From: an uncultured Chloroflexia bacterium
Lineage (GTDB): Bacteria > Chloroflexota > Anaerolineae > JAAYZQ01
NCBI GenBank assembly: GCA_963700285.1
Contig: CAVOXA010000009.1
Location: 32,001-96,000 of the forward strand
Reading direction: 5' to 3'
DNA length: 64,000 nucleotides
Shown here piece after piece: positions 42,419-53,126 of this stretch. The translations under genes and the position numbers were made by a program. The first letter of the stretch is position 1. The number at the start of each line of letters is the position of its first letter. The notes under the pieces were generated by a model. That model saw only the letters and a list, made by a program, of their open reading frames with translations, ran no database searches and was not told the origin of the DNA.

Positions 42419-43514
42419 AACCATACGAACCGCAGCGACTGCCCCTGGACTGCATCGACTGGGCGGCCCACGTTACGCTGATCGGCCGGGCCAACGCCGC
42501 CCTGGCCCGCTACGACGGCATGCTGCAGAGCATCGTCAATCCGGCGGTGCTCCTATCGCCCCTGACGACGCGCGAAGCTGTACTCTCTTCGCGGATCGAG
42601 GGTACGCAGGCCACGCTGGGCGAGGTGCTGGAGTTTGAGGCCGGCGAACAAGAGCCGCTCGATCCGTCCCGCAGGACGGACATTCACGAGATCCTCAACT
42701 ACCGCCGGGCCATGGGCCAAGCCGTCAGCGACCTGGAGACGCGGCCCTTTTCCCTGAATCTGCTCAAGCAGCTCCACGCGACATTGCTGGACAGCGTGCG
42801 CGGCCGCGACAAGTCCCCGGGACAGTTCCGGCGGGCCCAGGTCTATATCGCTCCCCAGAGAGAGCCCATCGAGCAGGCCACCTACGTGCCCCCGCCTGGG
42901 AACAGGTGGAGCCCGCTATGGACAACTGGGAGAGGTATCTCCACAGCCGAGGAAAAGGACCCGCTCGTCCAGTTGGCGGTCGCCAAGGCCCAGTTCGAGC
43001 TGATCCATCCTTTCCTGGATGGCAATGGCCGGCTGGGGCGAATGCTGGTGCCCATCTTTCTCTTTGAGAAAGAACTGCTGGCGGACCCCATGTTCTACGT
43101 CAGCGCCTACCTGGAAGAGCACCGCGACCTCTACTACCAGCGGCTGCAAGCCATCTCGCAGGAGAACGACTGGAACGGCTGGGTGGCCTTTTTCCTGACG
43201 GCCCTCGTGGAGCAGGCAGGCACCAACTTGCTCAAGACCCAGAAGATCATGGCGCTCTATGAACGCATGAAGGTGGATGTACCACGTATCACCCGGTCCC
43301 AGTATGCGATCCAGGCCATCGATGCCCTGTTCGACCGGCCTATCTTTCAGACGGCTGACTTTGTGCAGTAGATCGGGCATCCCGAGAGACACGGCATTGA
43401 GGATCTTGAAGCGGCTCAGAGAGGGAGATATTGTACACGAGTTGCGCCCGAAACGCGGCCGGCGCGGGGCGATCATGGTCTTTTCTGAGCTGCTTCCAGA
43501 TTGTGGAGGAATAG
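42415..43514 (+). CDS. Fic family protein with C-terminal wHTH; frameshift near 43370
   Basis: EAVLSSRIEGTQ, HPFLDGNGRLGR Fic motif, SGIPRDTALRILKRL. Confidence 0.9.
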
Positions 43515-43515
43515 A

Positions 43516-43913
43516 TTTGTGTTGCATGTATGCCACACAATGTAGTTTGTGTTGCACGAAATGCGATTTATGCAACACAAATCCCTTTGTGTTGCATGGG
43601 CGCCACACAAACCTGCAGCGCACGGGCGCTTGTTGAGTTGTTGAGCGGCTGACAGGCAGTTTGTGCAGGCATACTCTGAAGTGATATGTCGATGTTTCGC
43701 GCGAAACATCGACACGTTCAGAAAACCTGTCGATGGCATCGACATACCCGCGTGGCGGGGAGAGCCCCTGCTGTGACCCGAGACAATCATGTGATGTCGA
43801 GAAGGTGTTTGTGTTTCATGAAACGCGATTTGTGGGGCACAAAGGATTTTGTGTGGCACCTATGCCACACAAACCCCGTTGTGTGGCACGAAATGCGATT
43901 TGTGCCACACAAA
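43516..43913. repeat. Array of phased palindromes TTTGTGTNGCA-N4/N14-TGCNACACAAA around a TGTCGATG palindrome pair
   Basis: Six units at 43516, 43546, 43586, 43808, 43848 and ~43878; perfect 28-bp palindrome at 43687-43714. Confidence 0.85.
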
Positions 43914-43928
43914 CTGTGGAGATAGGCC

Positions 43929-46900
43929 GTGACCACCGATACAAGTGAAAAGGGACTGGAAGCCCTCATCGTCGCCGCCATGACAGGCGATGGCAGCCAG
44001 CCGCTGCCCGCGTCCGGGACTCGGGAGACGGGCATCGCCTATGGCGGCGACAGGCTGGATCGCCGGCGACCCGAACGACTATGACCGCGAGTACGCCGTG
44101 GACCTGGCGCAACTGGCCGCCTTCCTGCGCGCGACGCAGCCCCAAACCGCCGAGGCGCTGGATCTGGACCAGCGACAGCCCTACGCGCCGCCAGTTCCTG
44201 GCCCGGCTGCAGGGCGAGGTCGCCCGGCGGGGCATCATCGACGTGCTGCGCAACGGCGTCAAGCACGGACAGCACTCGCTCGACCTGTTCTACGGCACGC
44301 CCTCGCCGGGCAACGTCAAGGCCGCCGAGCGCTTTGCCGCCAACCGCTTCAGCGTCACCCGCCAACTGCGCTACAGCCGCGACGAGACGCGGCGCGCCCT
44401 GGACCTGGGCCTGTTCATCAACGGCCTGCCCATCGCCACCTTTGAGCTGAAGAACAACCTGACCAAGCAGACGGTGGAGGACGCCGTGGAGCAGTACCGC
44501 CGCGACCGGGATCCCGCGGGAACTGCTCTTCCAGTTCGGCCGCTGCGTGGTGCATTTTGCCGTGGACGACCAGGAGGTGCGCATGTGCACCCACCTCAAG
44601 GGCAAGGCCTCCTGGTTCCTGCCCTTCGACCAGGGCTGGAACGACGGCGCGGGGAACCCACCCAATCCCCGACGGGCTCAAGACCGACTACCTGTGGAAG
44701 CGGATCCTCACCCCTGCAGGGCCTGACCGACATCCTGGAAAACTATGCCCAGATCGTCGAAAAGAAGGACGAAAAGACGGGCAAGAAGAGAAGGGAGCAG
44801 ATCTTTCCCCGCTACCACCAGCTCGACGTGGTGCGGCGGCTGCTGGCCGATGCGGCGCAGCACGGGGCGGGCCAGCGCTACCTGATCCAGCACTCGGCGG
44901 GCAGCGGCAAGTCGAACTCGATCGCCTGGCTGGCCCACCAGCTCATCGTCCTGCGCAGCGGGATGACTGGCCCCGATGGCGCTCGGGGACAGGTCTTTGA
45001 CTCGATCATCGTCGTCACCGACCGGCGCATCCTCGACAAGCAGATCCGCGACACCATCAAGCAGTACGCCCAGGTGTCGGCCACCGTCGGCCACGCCGAG
45101 CGCTCGGGCGACCTGCGCCGCTTTATCGAGAGCGGCAAAAAGATCATCATCAGCACGGTGCAAAAGTTCCCCTTTATCCTGGACGAGATCGGCAGCGAGC
45201 ACCGCGGGCGGCGCTTTGCCATCATCATCGACGAGGCCCACTCCAGCCAGGGCGGGCGCACGGCGGCGGCCATGAGCATGGCCCTCTCCGAGGCGGGCGA
45301 GGCGGCCGAGGAAGAGACCTTCGAGGACATCATCAACCGCATCATGGAGTCGCGCAAGATGCTGCCCAACGCCAGCTACTTTGCCTTCACCGCCACGCCC
45401 AAGAACAAGACGCTGGAGATTTTTGGCGAGGCGTACCCGGAGGGCGAGCAGGTCAAGCACCGGCCCTTCCACAGCTACACCATGAAGCAGGCCATCCAGG
45501 AGGGCTTTATCCTCGACGTGCTGAGCAGCTACACGCCGGTCGCCAGCTACTACAAGCTGGTCAAGACGGTGGAGGCCGACCCCGAATTCGATACCCGGAA
45601 GGCGCAGAAAAAGCTGCGCCGCTACGTCGAGTCGCACGACCACGCCATCCGCCTCAAGGCCGAGATCATGGTCGATCACTTTCACGACCAGGTGCTCGCC
45701 CTGCGCAAGATCGGCGGCCAGGCGCGGGCCATGGTCGTCACCAGCGGCATCCAGCGCGCCATCCAGTACTATTTTGCCATCCGCGACTATCTGGAGGAGC
45801 GCAAGAGCCCCTACCAGGCCATCGTCGCCTTTTCCGGGGAGCACGAGTACGGCGGCGCCAAGGTCACCGAGGCGTCGCTCAACGGCTTTCCCAGCAGCCA
45901 GATCGCCGACAAGATCCAGGAAGATCCCTACCGCTTTCTGGTGTGCGCCGAAAAGTTCCAGACCGGCTACGACGAGCCGCTGCTGCACACCATGTACGTG
46001 GACAAGATCCTGTCGGGCATCAAGGCGGTGCAGACCCTCTCGCGCCTGAACCGCGCCCACCCGCAGAAGCACGACGTCTTTGTGCTCGACTTTATGAACG
46101 ACGCCGACACCATCCAGGCCGCCTTCGCCGACTATTACCGGACCACCATCCTCAGCGAGGAGACCGACCCCAACAAGCTGCACGACCTGAAGGCCGACCT
46201 CGACGGCTACCAGGTCTACAGCCGAGGAGCAGGTCGATGCGCTGGTGGAGCTGTACCTCGGCGGGGCCGACCGCGACCGGCTGGACCCGATCCTCGACGC
46301 CTGCGTGGCCGACTACAAGGAGCTGGACGAGGATGGCCAGGTGGGCTTCAAGGGCAAGGCCAAGGCCTTCACGCGCACCTACAACTTTTTGGCGTCGATC
46401 CTGCCCTACACCAACGCCGAGTGGGAAAAGCTGTCCATCTTTTTGACCTTCCTGGTGCCCAAGCTGCCCGCGCCCGTGGAGGAGGACCTCTCCCGGGGCA
46501 TCCTCGAGACCATCGACATGGACAGCTACCGCGTCGAAAAGCAGGCGGCGATGGAGATCGCGCTGGCGGACAAGGACGCTGAGATCGAGCCGGTGCCCAC
46601 CAGCGGCGGGGGCTTCACGGCCGAGCCCGAGCTGGACCTCTTGAGCAACATCCTCAAGGCCTTCAACGACCAGTTTGGCAACATCCCCTGGGCCGACACC
46701 GACCGCGTCCACCGGCTGATCACCGAGGAGATCCCAGCGCAGGTCGCGGCCGACACGGCCTACCAGAACGCCAGGCAGCACTCCGACCGCGCAGAACGCA
46801 CGCATCGAACACGACAAAGCACTGGCCCGGGTCATGATCGGCGTGATCAAGGATGACACGGAGCTGTACAAGCAGTTCAGCGACAACGAGTCCTTCCGTC

Positions 46901-46953
46901 GCTGGCTCCTGGATACCGTCTTTGACCTGACGTATGAGACGGCTGCAGCATGA
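43929..46953 (+). CDS. hsdR: Type I RM restriction subunit, several frameshifts
   Basis: TDTSEKGLE start, LFINGLPIATFELKN, HSAGSGKS, IIIDEAHSSQ, FTATP, KFQTGYDEP, QTLSRLNR. Confidence 0.93.
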
Positions 46954-47097
46954 GCAGCTTGGGAACTAGACTTCGGCTACTGCACACACCCGTGTCTTGT
47001 GCACCTGAGCGTCCCGCCATTCCCCCATCCTCGCCGGCTCATCCGTCAATCGATCAATCTCCAGCAACCGCTCCAGCCACCGGCGACCTAGATAGAC

Positions 47098-48589
47098 CCT
47101 AAGCCCATTGGTCACAAGTTAAGCTCTTGGGTAGACTGTCAAGTCTACCAGGCGGTATGTCAAAATGGTGATTCAGCCTCTCTCGTTTGACGTAACGCAT
47201 GTTTCGGCGCAAAATGGGTGCATGAGTGACACAAGCAAACCAACCAAAGCGCCGAAAAAGACAAGTTCCGTGCGCCACACACGGGCGATCCAGCGAGACC
47301 GCAGCAAGCGGCCGGATGTCGCACCACCCGACGAGCAGATCGCCAGTCGGCTGAACGAGATCATTCATCCGGCCACACTGGCTCAGGTCGCTCACTTTCA
47401 AGATCTTGGGCTGCGTGAACGAACCTTGACCCTGCCGGTCATGGTTGCCCTCGTGTTGAGCATGGTGTGGCGCCACATCGGTTCGGTCACAGAGCTGACC
47501 AAGATGATGATTACAGAGGGCTTGCTGTGGGCCGAACCGCGCAAAGTCAGCCAACAAGCCTTGTCGGAACGGTTCCGCACTTTTCCATCTATCCTGTTTC
47601 TGCGAGTTCTCCTGGCGGTTCTGCCACTGATGGAGACGCGCTGGAAAAGCCGACAACGGCCTTTGCCCGCGGAGATTGCCTGGGCGCAGGAGCGCTACAC
47701 CAAAGTCATCATTCAGGATGGGTCCACGCTGGACGCCTTGCTGCGCAATGTCGGCTTGCTGAGGGATGCGGAAACGAATCCGTTGGCCGGGCGCATGACG
47801 GCGTTGCTGGACCTGTGTTCGCGGCTGCCGCGTCACATCTGGTACGAAGAGGATGCCCAAGCCCATGATCAGCGGTTTTGGCCGCGCATTCTGGAGCTGC
47901 TCCAGGTCGGCAGTTTGCTTCTCTTCGACCTGGGCTACACCAACTTCAGTGTCTACGCTTTACTGACGACGGCAGGCATCACTTTCGTGACACGAGCCAA
48001 GAGTAACCTGGCCTATGAGGTCGAACGTTATCTGCAGCGGACTGCCCAAGTCCACGAAATCCTGGTTTGGATTGGCAAGGGCGACGACCGGAAGTTGGTT
48101 CGCCTCATCCAGGTTTTGTACCAGGGCAAGTGGTACCGCTACCTGACCAATGAATTGGATACGGAGCGTTTGCCGGCGCCCTACGTGGTGGCACTTTACT
48201 GGCAGCGCTGGCGAATCGAAGATGCGTACAACATCGTCAAGCGGTTGCTGGGTCTGGCATACTTCTGGGTTGGCTCGCAGAACGGTGTCGAGCTTGAGTT
48301 GTGGGCCACCTGGTTGTTGTATGCTGTTTTGGTCGACTTGACGGACGCTATCGCCGAACATCTGAACAAGCCGTTCGCAGCGATTTCTATGGAGATGGTC
48401 TACCGGAGCATCTATTATTTCGCCCAAGCGTACCATCGGGGCGAAACGGACGACCCCGTCGTCTACCTGGCCGACAATGCAAAGTTGCTCGGGGTTGTCG
48501 AACGCAAACGGAAACATCGACCGTCTCCACTTGAGCTGCTCGACTTGACAGATTCATCAGATCCCTAACTTGTGACCAATGGGCTTAGG
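47098..48589 (+). mobile_element. IS4-family insertion sequence
   Basis: Perfect 24-bp terminal IRs CCTAAGCCCATTGGTCACAAGTTA (47098-47121) and its reverse complement (48566-48589). Confidence 0.9.
47165..48568 (+). CDS. IS4-family DDE transposase (start may be 47219 or 47222)
   Basis: IQDGSTL, LLFDLGY, FVTRAK, YLTN, LYWQRWRIEDAYNIVKR (Y-x2-R-x3-E-x6-K-type motif). Confidence 0.9.
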   Translation: MVIQPLSFDVTHVSAQNGCMSDTSKPTKAPKKTSSVRHTRAIQRDRSKRPDVAPPDEQIASRLNEIIHPATLAQVAHFQDLGLRERTLTLPVMVALVLSMVWRHIGSVTELTKMMITEGLLWAEPRKVSQQALSERFRTFPSILFLRVLLAVLPLMETRWKSRQRPLPAEIAWAQERYTKVIIQDGSTLDALLRNVGLLRDAETNPLAGRMTALLDLCSRLPRHIWYEEDAQAHDQRFWPRILELLQVGSLLLFDLGYTNFSVYALLTTAGITFVTRAKSNLAYEVERYLQRTAQVHEILVWIGKGDDRKLVRLIQVLYQGKWYRYLTNELDTERLPAPYVVALYWQRWRIEDAYNIVKRLLGLAYFWVGSQNGVELELWATWLLYAVLVDLTDAIAEHLNKPFAAISMEMVYRSIYYFAQAYHRGETDDPVVYLADNAKLLGVVERKRKHRPSPLELLDLTDSSDP

Positions 48590-48687
48590 ATCTGGGGTGA
48601 CTGCGACCAGCAATTAGACCCCAAGGGTGCGGATCTTTGGTCCGGCGGAAAGCCCTTGGGGTCTGGGGCGACCGGGAGGGAATCAGC

Positions 48688-49870
48688 ATGTCCACCAAAC
48701 GCTGGATCATCTTTATAGCTGCGGAGCTTATCCCGCCGACGCTCTTTCTGATTGTCCTGACGGCTGTTGGCTTGTTCCGCCCGGAACCGACCTTGGGCGC
48801 CATTGGCACCGTCCTGGCCACCTACGGGGGGTGGGCGGCGTTCCTGCACTATGTCAAACTGCTGGACTTTCTGCGGGAAATCGCCCGGACAGCGGAAGGC
48901 GCGTCTACTACGGCACCGGCAGGTCAAAGCGTGATGGCCGGGGGGGATATCCGGGACAGCGAGATCCGGCAGGCAGGCGGGGATATTATTGAAGGCGATC
49001 AGATCGTCTACCAGACCAGCGCTGCCCCCATCATCACCACCCCCTTCAACCTGCCGCCGGACCTGGGGGATTTTACGGGGCGGGAGGCGGAGGTGGCGGC
49101 GGTGCGGGAGCAGCTCCTCGTCGAGGGGGCGATCAACATTACGTCTGGGATGGGGGGGATTGGGAAGACGGCGCTGGCGGTGCACGTGGCGCACGGGCTG
49201 GCCGGGGAGGGGCGGTTTCGGGGACGCGCAGCTGTATATTGACCTGCTGGGGACGCGGGTGCCGCCGATGGCGGCGGGGGCGGCGCTGAATGCGCTGGTG
49301 AGCGCGGTGCTGGGGCCGGACCCACAGCGGACGCGGGACGTGGGGGAACTGACGGGCCTGTGGCGGGGGACGCTGCATGAGAAGGATGCGGTGGTGATCC
49401 TGGATAATGCGGCAGGGGCGGAGCAGGTGCGGCCGCTGCTGCCGGGGGATGGGTCGTGCGCGGTGCTGGTGACGTCGCGGCGGCGGTTTGCGCTGCCGGG
49501 GGCGAAGCGGCTGGACCTGCGGCGGATGCGGGATGGGGATGCGCGGGCGCTGCTGCGGGGGCTGGCGCCGCGGTTGAGCGAGGGGGAGGCGGGGGAGATC
49601 GCGAAGGCGTGCGGGTGCCTGCCGCTGGCGCTGCGGGTGGCGGGGAATTACCTGGGGCTGAATGATGATTGCGCGGTGGGGGATTATCTTTCGCGGCTGG
49701 GGCATGAGCGGCAGCGGCTGAGGGTGCTGCGGGACCCGGACGACCCGGACCTGGACGTGGAGGCGGCGATCGGGTTGAGCGTGGGGCAGTTGGAGGATAA
49801 GCTGCGGGAGGCGTGGGGACTGCTGGTGCTGTTTCCGGCGCCGTTTGACCAGGCGGGGGCGGGGGAGGTA
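48688..49870 (+). pseudogene. NB-ARC (STAND NTPase) protein with N-terminal TM helices, truncated before any sensor repeats
   Basis: NLPPDLGDFTGREAE, GMGGIGKTALA (Walker A), VILDNA (Walker B), LVTSRR, CGCLPLALRVAG; interrupted at ~49870 by a repeat element. Confidence 0.75.
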
Positions 49871-50122
49871 GTGTATCAATTTCGGTGGAAATGCCACCAA
49901 GCTGACCTGTCATTCCCGCGATGCTTGCCCCCGAGGAGTCGGGGGGGGGCGGGAATCCACGCGACTGGCAACCGTCACCTTCGCAGAGTGGATGCCCGCC
50001 AGAACCATGCGGGCATGACAGGATCGTTAGTGGAGGCCTGCCAGAACCATGCGGGCAGTCACCCTTCTTCCTTCGCTCACATAGGGTCCGTCCCAACTCA
50101 AACTTCCACCGACTTGTATGCA
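49871..50122. repeat. MITE-like unit: CGTC-type REP doublet within outer inverted repeats
   Basis: TGTCATTCCCGCG...GCGGGAATCCAC (49908-49960) and GTGGATGCCCGC...GCGGGCATGACA (49988-50020); outer GTGTATCAATTTCGGTGGAA and TTCCACCGACTTGTATGCAC. Confidence 0.7.
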
Positions 50123-50225
50123 CCGCCAACAGCGGGCCTTTCTTGACGGAAGGTCAAAACCTGGTATAATGGTTCTTGGCTGCTTCTTTCCCTATCAACC
50201 ATGTATCCAAGGAGGAGGGACCCGT

Positions 50226-51386
50226 ATGGCCAAGAGCAAGACCGTGCTGGTGACCGGCGTGGCCGGCTATTGGGGCGCGCAGGTGGCCGACCGGCTGGTC
50301 ACAGAGACCGATTTCCACGTCATCGGTTTGGATGCCAGCCGTCCGGAGCAGGCGGTCCAGGGCCTGGACTTTTTGCAGATCGACGTCCGCAACCCGGCGT
50401 TGGTGGACCTGCTGCAGAGCGAGGAGGTAGAGGCTGTCTGCCACCTGGCCTTCGTGGACACCCTCCAGCCCAACGAGGCGGCCTTTGACCTCAACGTGAT
50501 GGGCACCACCAAGCTGCTGGGGGCCTGTGCCGAGGCGGGGGTGTCCAAAGTGGTCCTCAAGAGCAGCACGGCCGTCTATGGCGCCCGGCCCTCCAATTCA
50601 GCCTTCTTGACCGAGGACCATCCCCACCGCGGCAGCAAGCGTATTGGAGCCATCCGGGATCTGGTCCAGATCGAGGCTTTCTGCAATGGGTTCTGCCGCG
50701 AGCGGCCCGAGATGGCGCTTACCGTTCTCCGCTTTGCCAACATCATCGGGCCTACGGCCGACACGCCGCTGATCCGCTACCTGACAGACCGCTGGGCGCC
50801 CAGCCTGCTGGGCTTTGACCCGCTGATGCAGCTCATCCACGAGGATGACGTGGTGGATGCCCTGGTCCACGCGGTGCTCCATGACGTGCCGGGCGTCTTT
50901 AACGTCGCTGCCGAGGACGTCCTTCCCCTGAACAAGGTCCGCGGCCTGGCCGGCAAGCCGCGCCGGGCTGTCTTCCATCCCTTTGCCTACTGGAGCCAGG
51001 GGCTGCCGGGCCGCCGGAGCCTGGGCTTTGGCCGCCACCTGCCGCTGGACCCCGATTATCTCCGCTATCCCTGCGTCGCCGACCTGACAAAGATGCGGGA
51101 CGAGTTGGATTTCGCGCCCCGTTATACGGCCGAGGAGGCGCTGCTGGAGTTTGCCGAGCAGCGGCGCCTGCGCCAGGTTCTGCCCAAGTCGGCGGTGCTG
51201 GCCCAGAGTGAGGAGCGGCTGCGGGCCATCATCGAGTACCGGGAACGGGGCAGGGAATGGCGGGAGGGCACGTCGGTCGGAGAGACCGTGGGGGCTGTGA
51301 GCGGTGAGGAGGGTGCGGGCGCAGCGAGCCCGGATCCAGAGGTTGGGGCTGGGAGCCATGTCGAGCAGGGAGGCCAGGATGAGTAA
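50226..51386 (+). CDS. NAD-dependent epimerase/dehydratase (extended SDR)
   Basis: VLVTGVAGYWG, SSTAVYGA, LRFANIIGP, GFDPLMQLIHEDD. Confidence 0.85.
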   Translation: MAKSKTVLVTGVAGYWGAQVADRLVTETDFHVIGLDASRPEQAVQGLDFLQIDVRNPALVDLLQSEEVEAVCHLAFVDTLQPNEAAFDLNVMGTTKLLGACAEAGVSKVVLKSSTAVYGARPSNSAFLTEDHPHRGSKRIGAIRDLVQIEAFCNGFCRERPEMALTVLRFANIIGPTADTPLIRYLTDRWAPSLLGFDPLMQLIHEDDVVDALVHAVLHDVPGVFNVAAEDVLPLNKVRGLAGKPRRAVFHPFAYWSQGLPGRRSLGFGRHLPLDPDYLRYPCVADLTKMRDELDFAPRYTAEEALLEFAEQRRLRQVLPKSAVLAQSEERLRAIIEYRERGREWREGTSVGETVGAVSGEEGAGAASPDPEVGAGSHVEQGGQDE

Positions 51387-52638
51387 CGAGGAGACGCGAG
51401 CCCGATGCCAGGCCCTGACCCAGACGGGCGAGCCGTGCAAGAATTACGCGCTGGACGGTTCGGATTATTGCCGGGTCCATGCCAAAGGGGCGCCGGTCGG
51501 AGACCTGGCCCAACAAGAGGGGGCGCCGGTCGGAGACCTCGCCCAACAGCGATCCCAACGGGAGATCGCCGATGACCAGGTGCGCGACCAGTTGATCGCC
51601 GAACTGGACGAGCTGACGGAGCGGGTGCAGGCCGCCTCGCCCGACTACCAACCCCCGCCTTTTTCAGCGAAGCGCTTTGTGGCGGTCATCGAGGAACTGT
51701 TGAGCAGGCTGCCGGTGGACGCCCAACTGGACGCCCTGGACAAGCTGCGCGACGCCCTGAGCAAGGACTTGCTGGACATGGAGCTGGTCAAGGGCGCCTG
51801 GTACATGATCAACCACACAGTGGCCTACAATGCGGACGTGATCAAGCGCCGCGCCACCGGTGAGTATGACGTCGACGAATGGGGGCTGGATTGGGAGTTC
51901 CTCGAGGCGGTGCTGCCCTTTTTCAACTTCCTGTACAAGATCTACTGGCGCGTGGACAGCAGCGGCCTGGACAACATACCGGTGCAGGGGCGGGCGCTGC
52001 TGGTGGCCAACCACTCGGGCCAGTTGCCCTGGGACGGCATGATGGTCGCCACGGCCGTGCTGACCGAGCATCCGGCCCAGAGGCTGGTGCGCACCCTGTA
52101 CGGCACGGTGGTTCCCACCCTGCCCTACCTGTCGGCTTGGGCGACCAGGCTGGGGCAGACCCTGGCCACCGAGGAGAATGGCATCAGGCTGCTGGAGCAG
52201 GATGAGGTGGTGGCCGTATTCCCCGAGGGCTACCAGGGCGCGGGCAAGCCCTTCAAGGACCGCTACAACCTGGCCCGCTTTGGCCGGGGCGGGTTCATCC
52301 GCATGGCCCTGAACACCGGGGCGCCCATCATCCCCGTGTCGGTGGTGGGGGCCGAAGAGACCAGTATCTCGCTGGCCAAGCTGCCCATCGGCTCCTCGAC
52401 CTCCAGCATCCCCTACCTGCCCATTACGACGACCTTCCCCTGGCTGGGTCTGTTGGGCTTTTGGCCGCTGCCCACCAAGTGGTACATTGATTTCGGCGAG
52501 CCCATCCCGATAGAGTCCTATGGTCCCGACGCGTCGACCAACCTTGTGCTGGTCTCACAACTGACCGATCACGTGCGCAACGTCGTCCAGGACATGGTCC
52601 ACGAGCGCTTGGCCCAGCGCCGGTCGGTCTTCTTCTAG
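51379..52638 (+). CDS. PlsC-like lysophospholipid acyltransferase with N-terminal CCCH module
   Basis: LLVANHSGQLPWD, VFPEG, PIIPVSVVGAEE; N-terminal C-x9-C-x10-C-x2-H. Confidence 0.88.
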   Translation: MSNEETRARCQALTQTGEPCKNYALDGSDYCRVHAKGAPVGDLAQQEGAPVGDLAQQRSQREIADDQVRDQLIAELDELTERVQAASPDYQPPPFSAKRFVAVIEELLSRLPVDAQLDALDKLRDALSKDLLDMELVKGAWYMINHTVAYNADVIKRRATGEYDVDEWGLDWEFLEAVLPFFNFLYKIYWRVDSSGLDNIPVQGRALLVANHSGQLPWDGMMVATAVLTEHPAQRLVRTLYGTVVPTLPYLSAWATRLGQTLATEENGIRLLEQDEVVAVFPEGYQGAGKPFKDRYNLARFGRGGFIRMALNTGAPIIPVSVVGAEETSISLAKLPIGSSTSSIPYLPITTTFPWLGLLGFWPLPTKWYIDFGEPIPIESYGPDASTNLVLVSQLTDHVRNVVQDMVHERLAQRRSVFF

Positions 52639-52677
52639 ACCGCTCGATCTCTTTCTGGCCTGCAGGGAACCATAGCC

Positions 52678-53085
52678 ATGCCTACCTTCAAAGACAGCGA
52701 CCAGCTCTACGCCGTCGCCAAGGACCTTCTGACCCGCGTGCAAGAGCAGGTCCCCAGCGCCTCGGACGGCATTGCCAAGTCGCACCTGGTCATCCGCCTG
52801 GCGACGACCGATCCCGGGAGCGAGTTTACCCTGAACGGGCGAAAGCGGCCGGTTCAGGTCACCTACGGCCCCAACCACCTGCGGCCGACGCTGGATCTCA
52901 AGTTAGAGGCCAACACGCTGCACAAGGTCCTGCTGGGCGAGTTGGGCCTGTCAAAGGCAGTGACCGGCGGGCAGGTGGAAACGCGTGGTCCCGTCCTAAA
53001 GCTCGTGGCTTTGGCCGATCTCTTTCGCGCGGGACAAAAAATCTATCCCCAGGTCCTGCGCGATCACGGCCTGCTACCCGAGTAA
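52678..53085 (+). CDS. SCP2 sterol/lipid-binding domain protein
   Basis: LHKVLLGEL.LSKAVTGGQVETRG SCP2-like C-terminus; lipid operon context. Confidence 0.7.
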   Translation: MPTFKDSDQLYAVAKDLLTRVQEQVPSASDGIAKSHLVIRLATTDPGSEFTLNGRKRPVQVTYGPNHLRPTLDLKLEANTLHKVLLGELGLSKAVTGGQVETRGPVLKLVALADLFRAGQKIYPQVLRDHGLLPE

Positions 53086-53126
53086 TCGCGCCTGCCGGGT
53101 CCGTGACCCGGCAGTCCAACCGCCCA

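Noticed and set aside
43516-43913. CRISPR array or Cys-rich small ORFs
   Set aside because: No constant repeat-spacer period. The Cys/His-rich translations are by-products of the TGTG/CACA palindromes.
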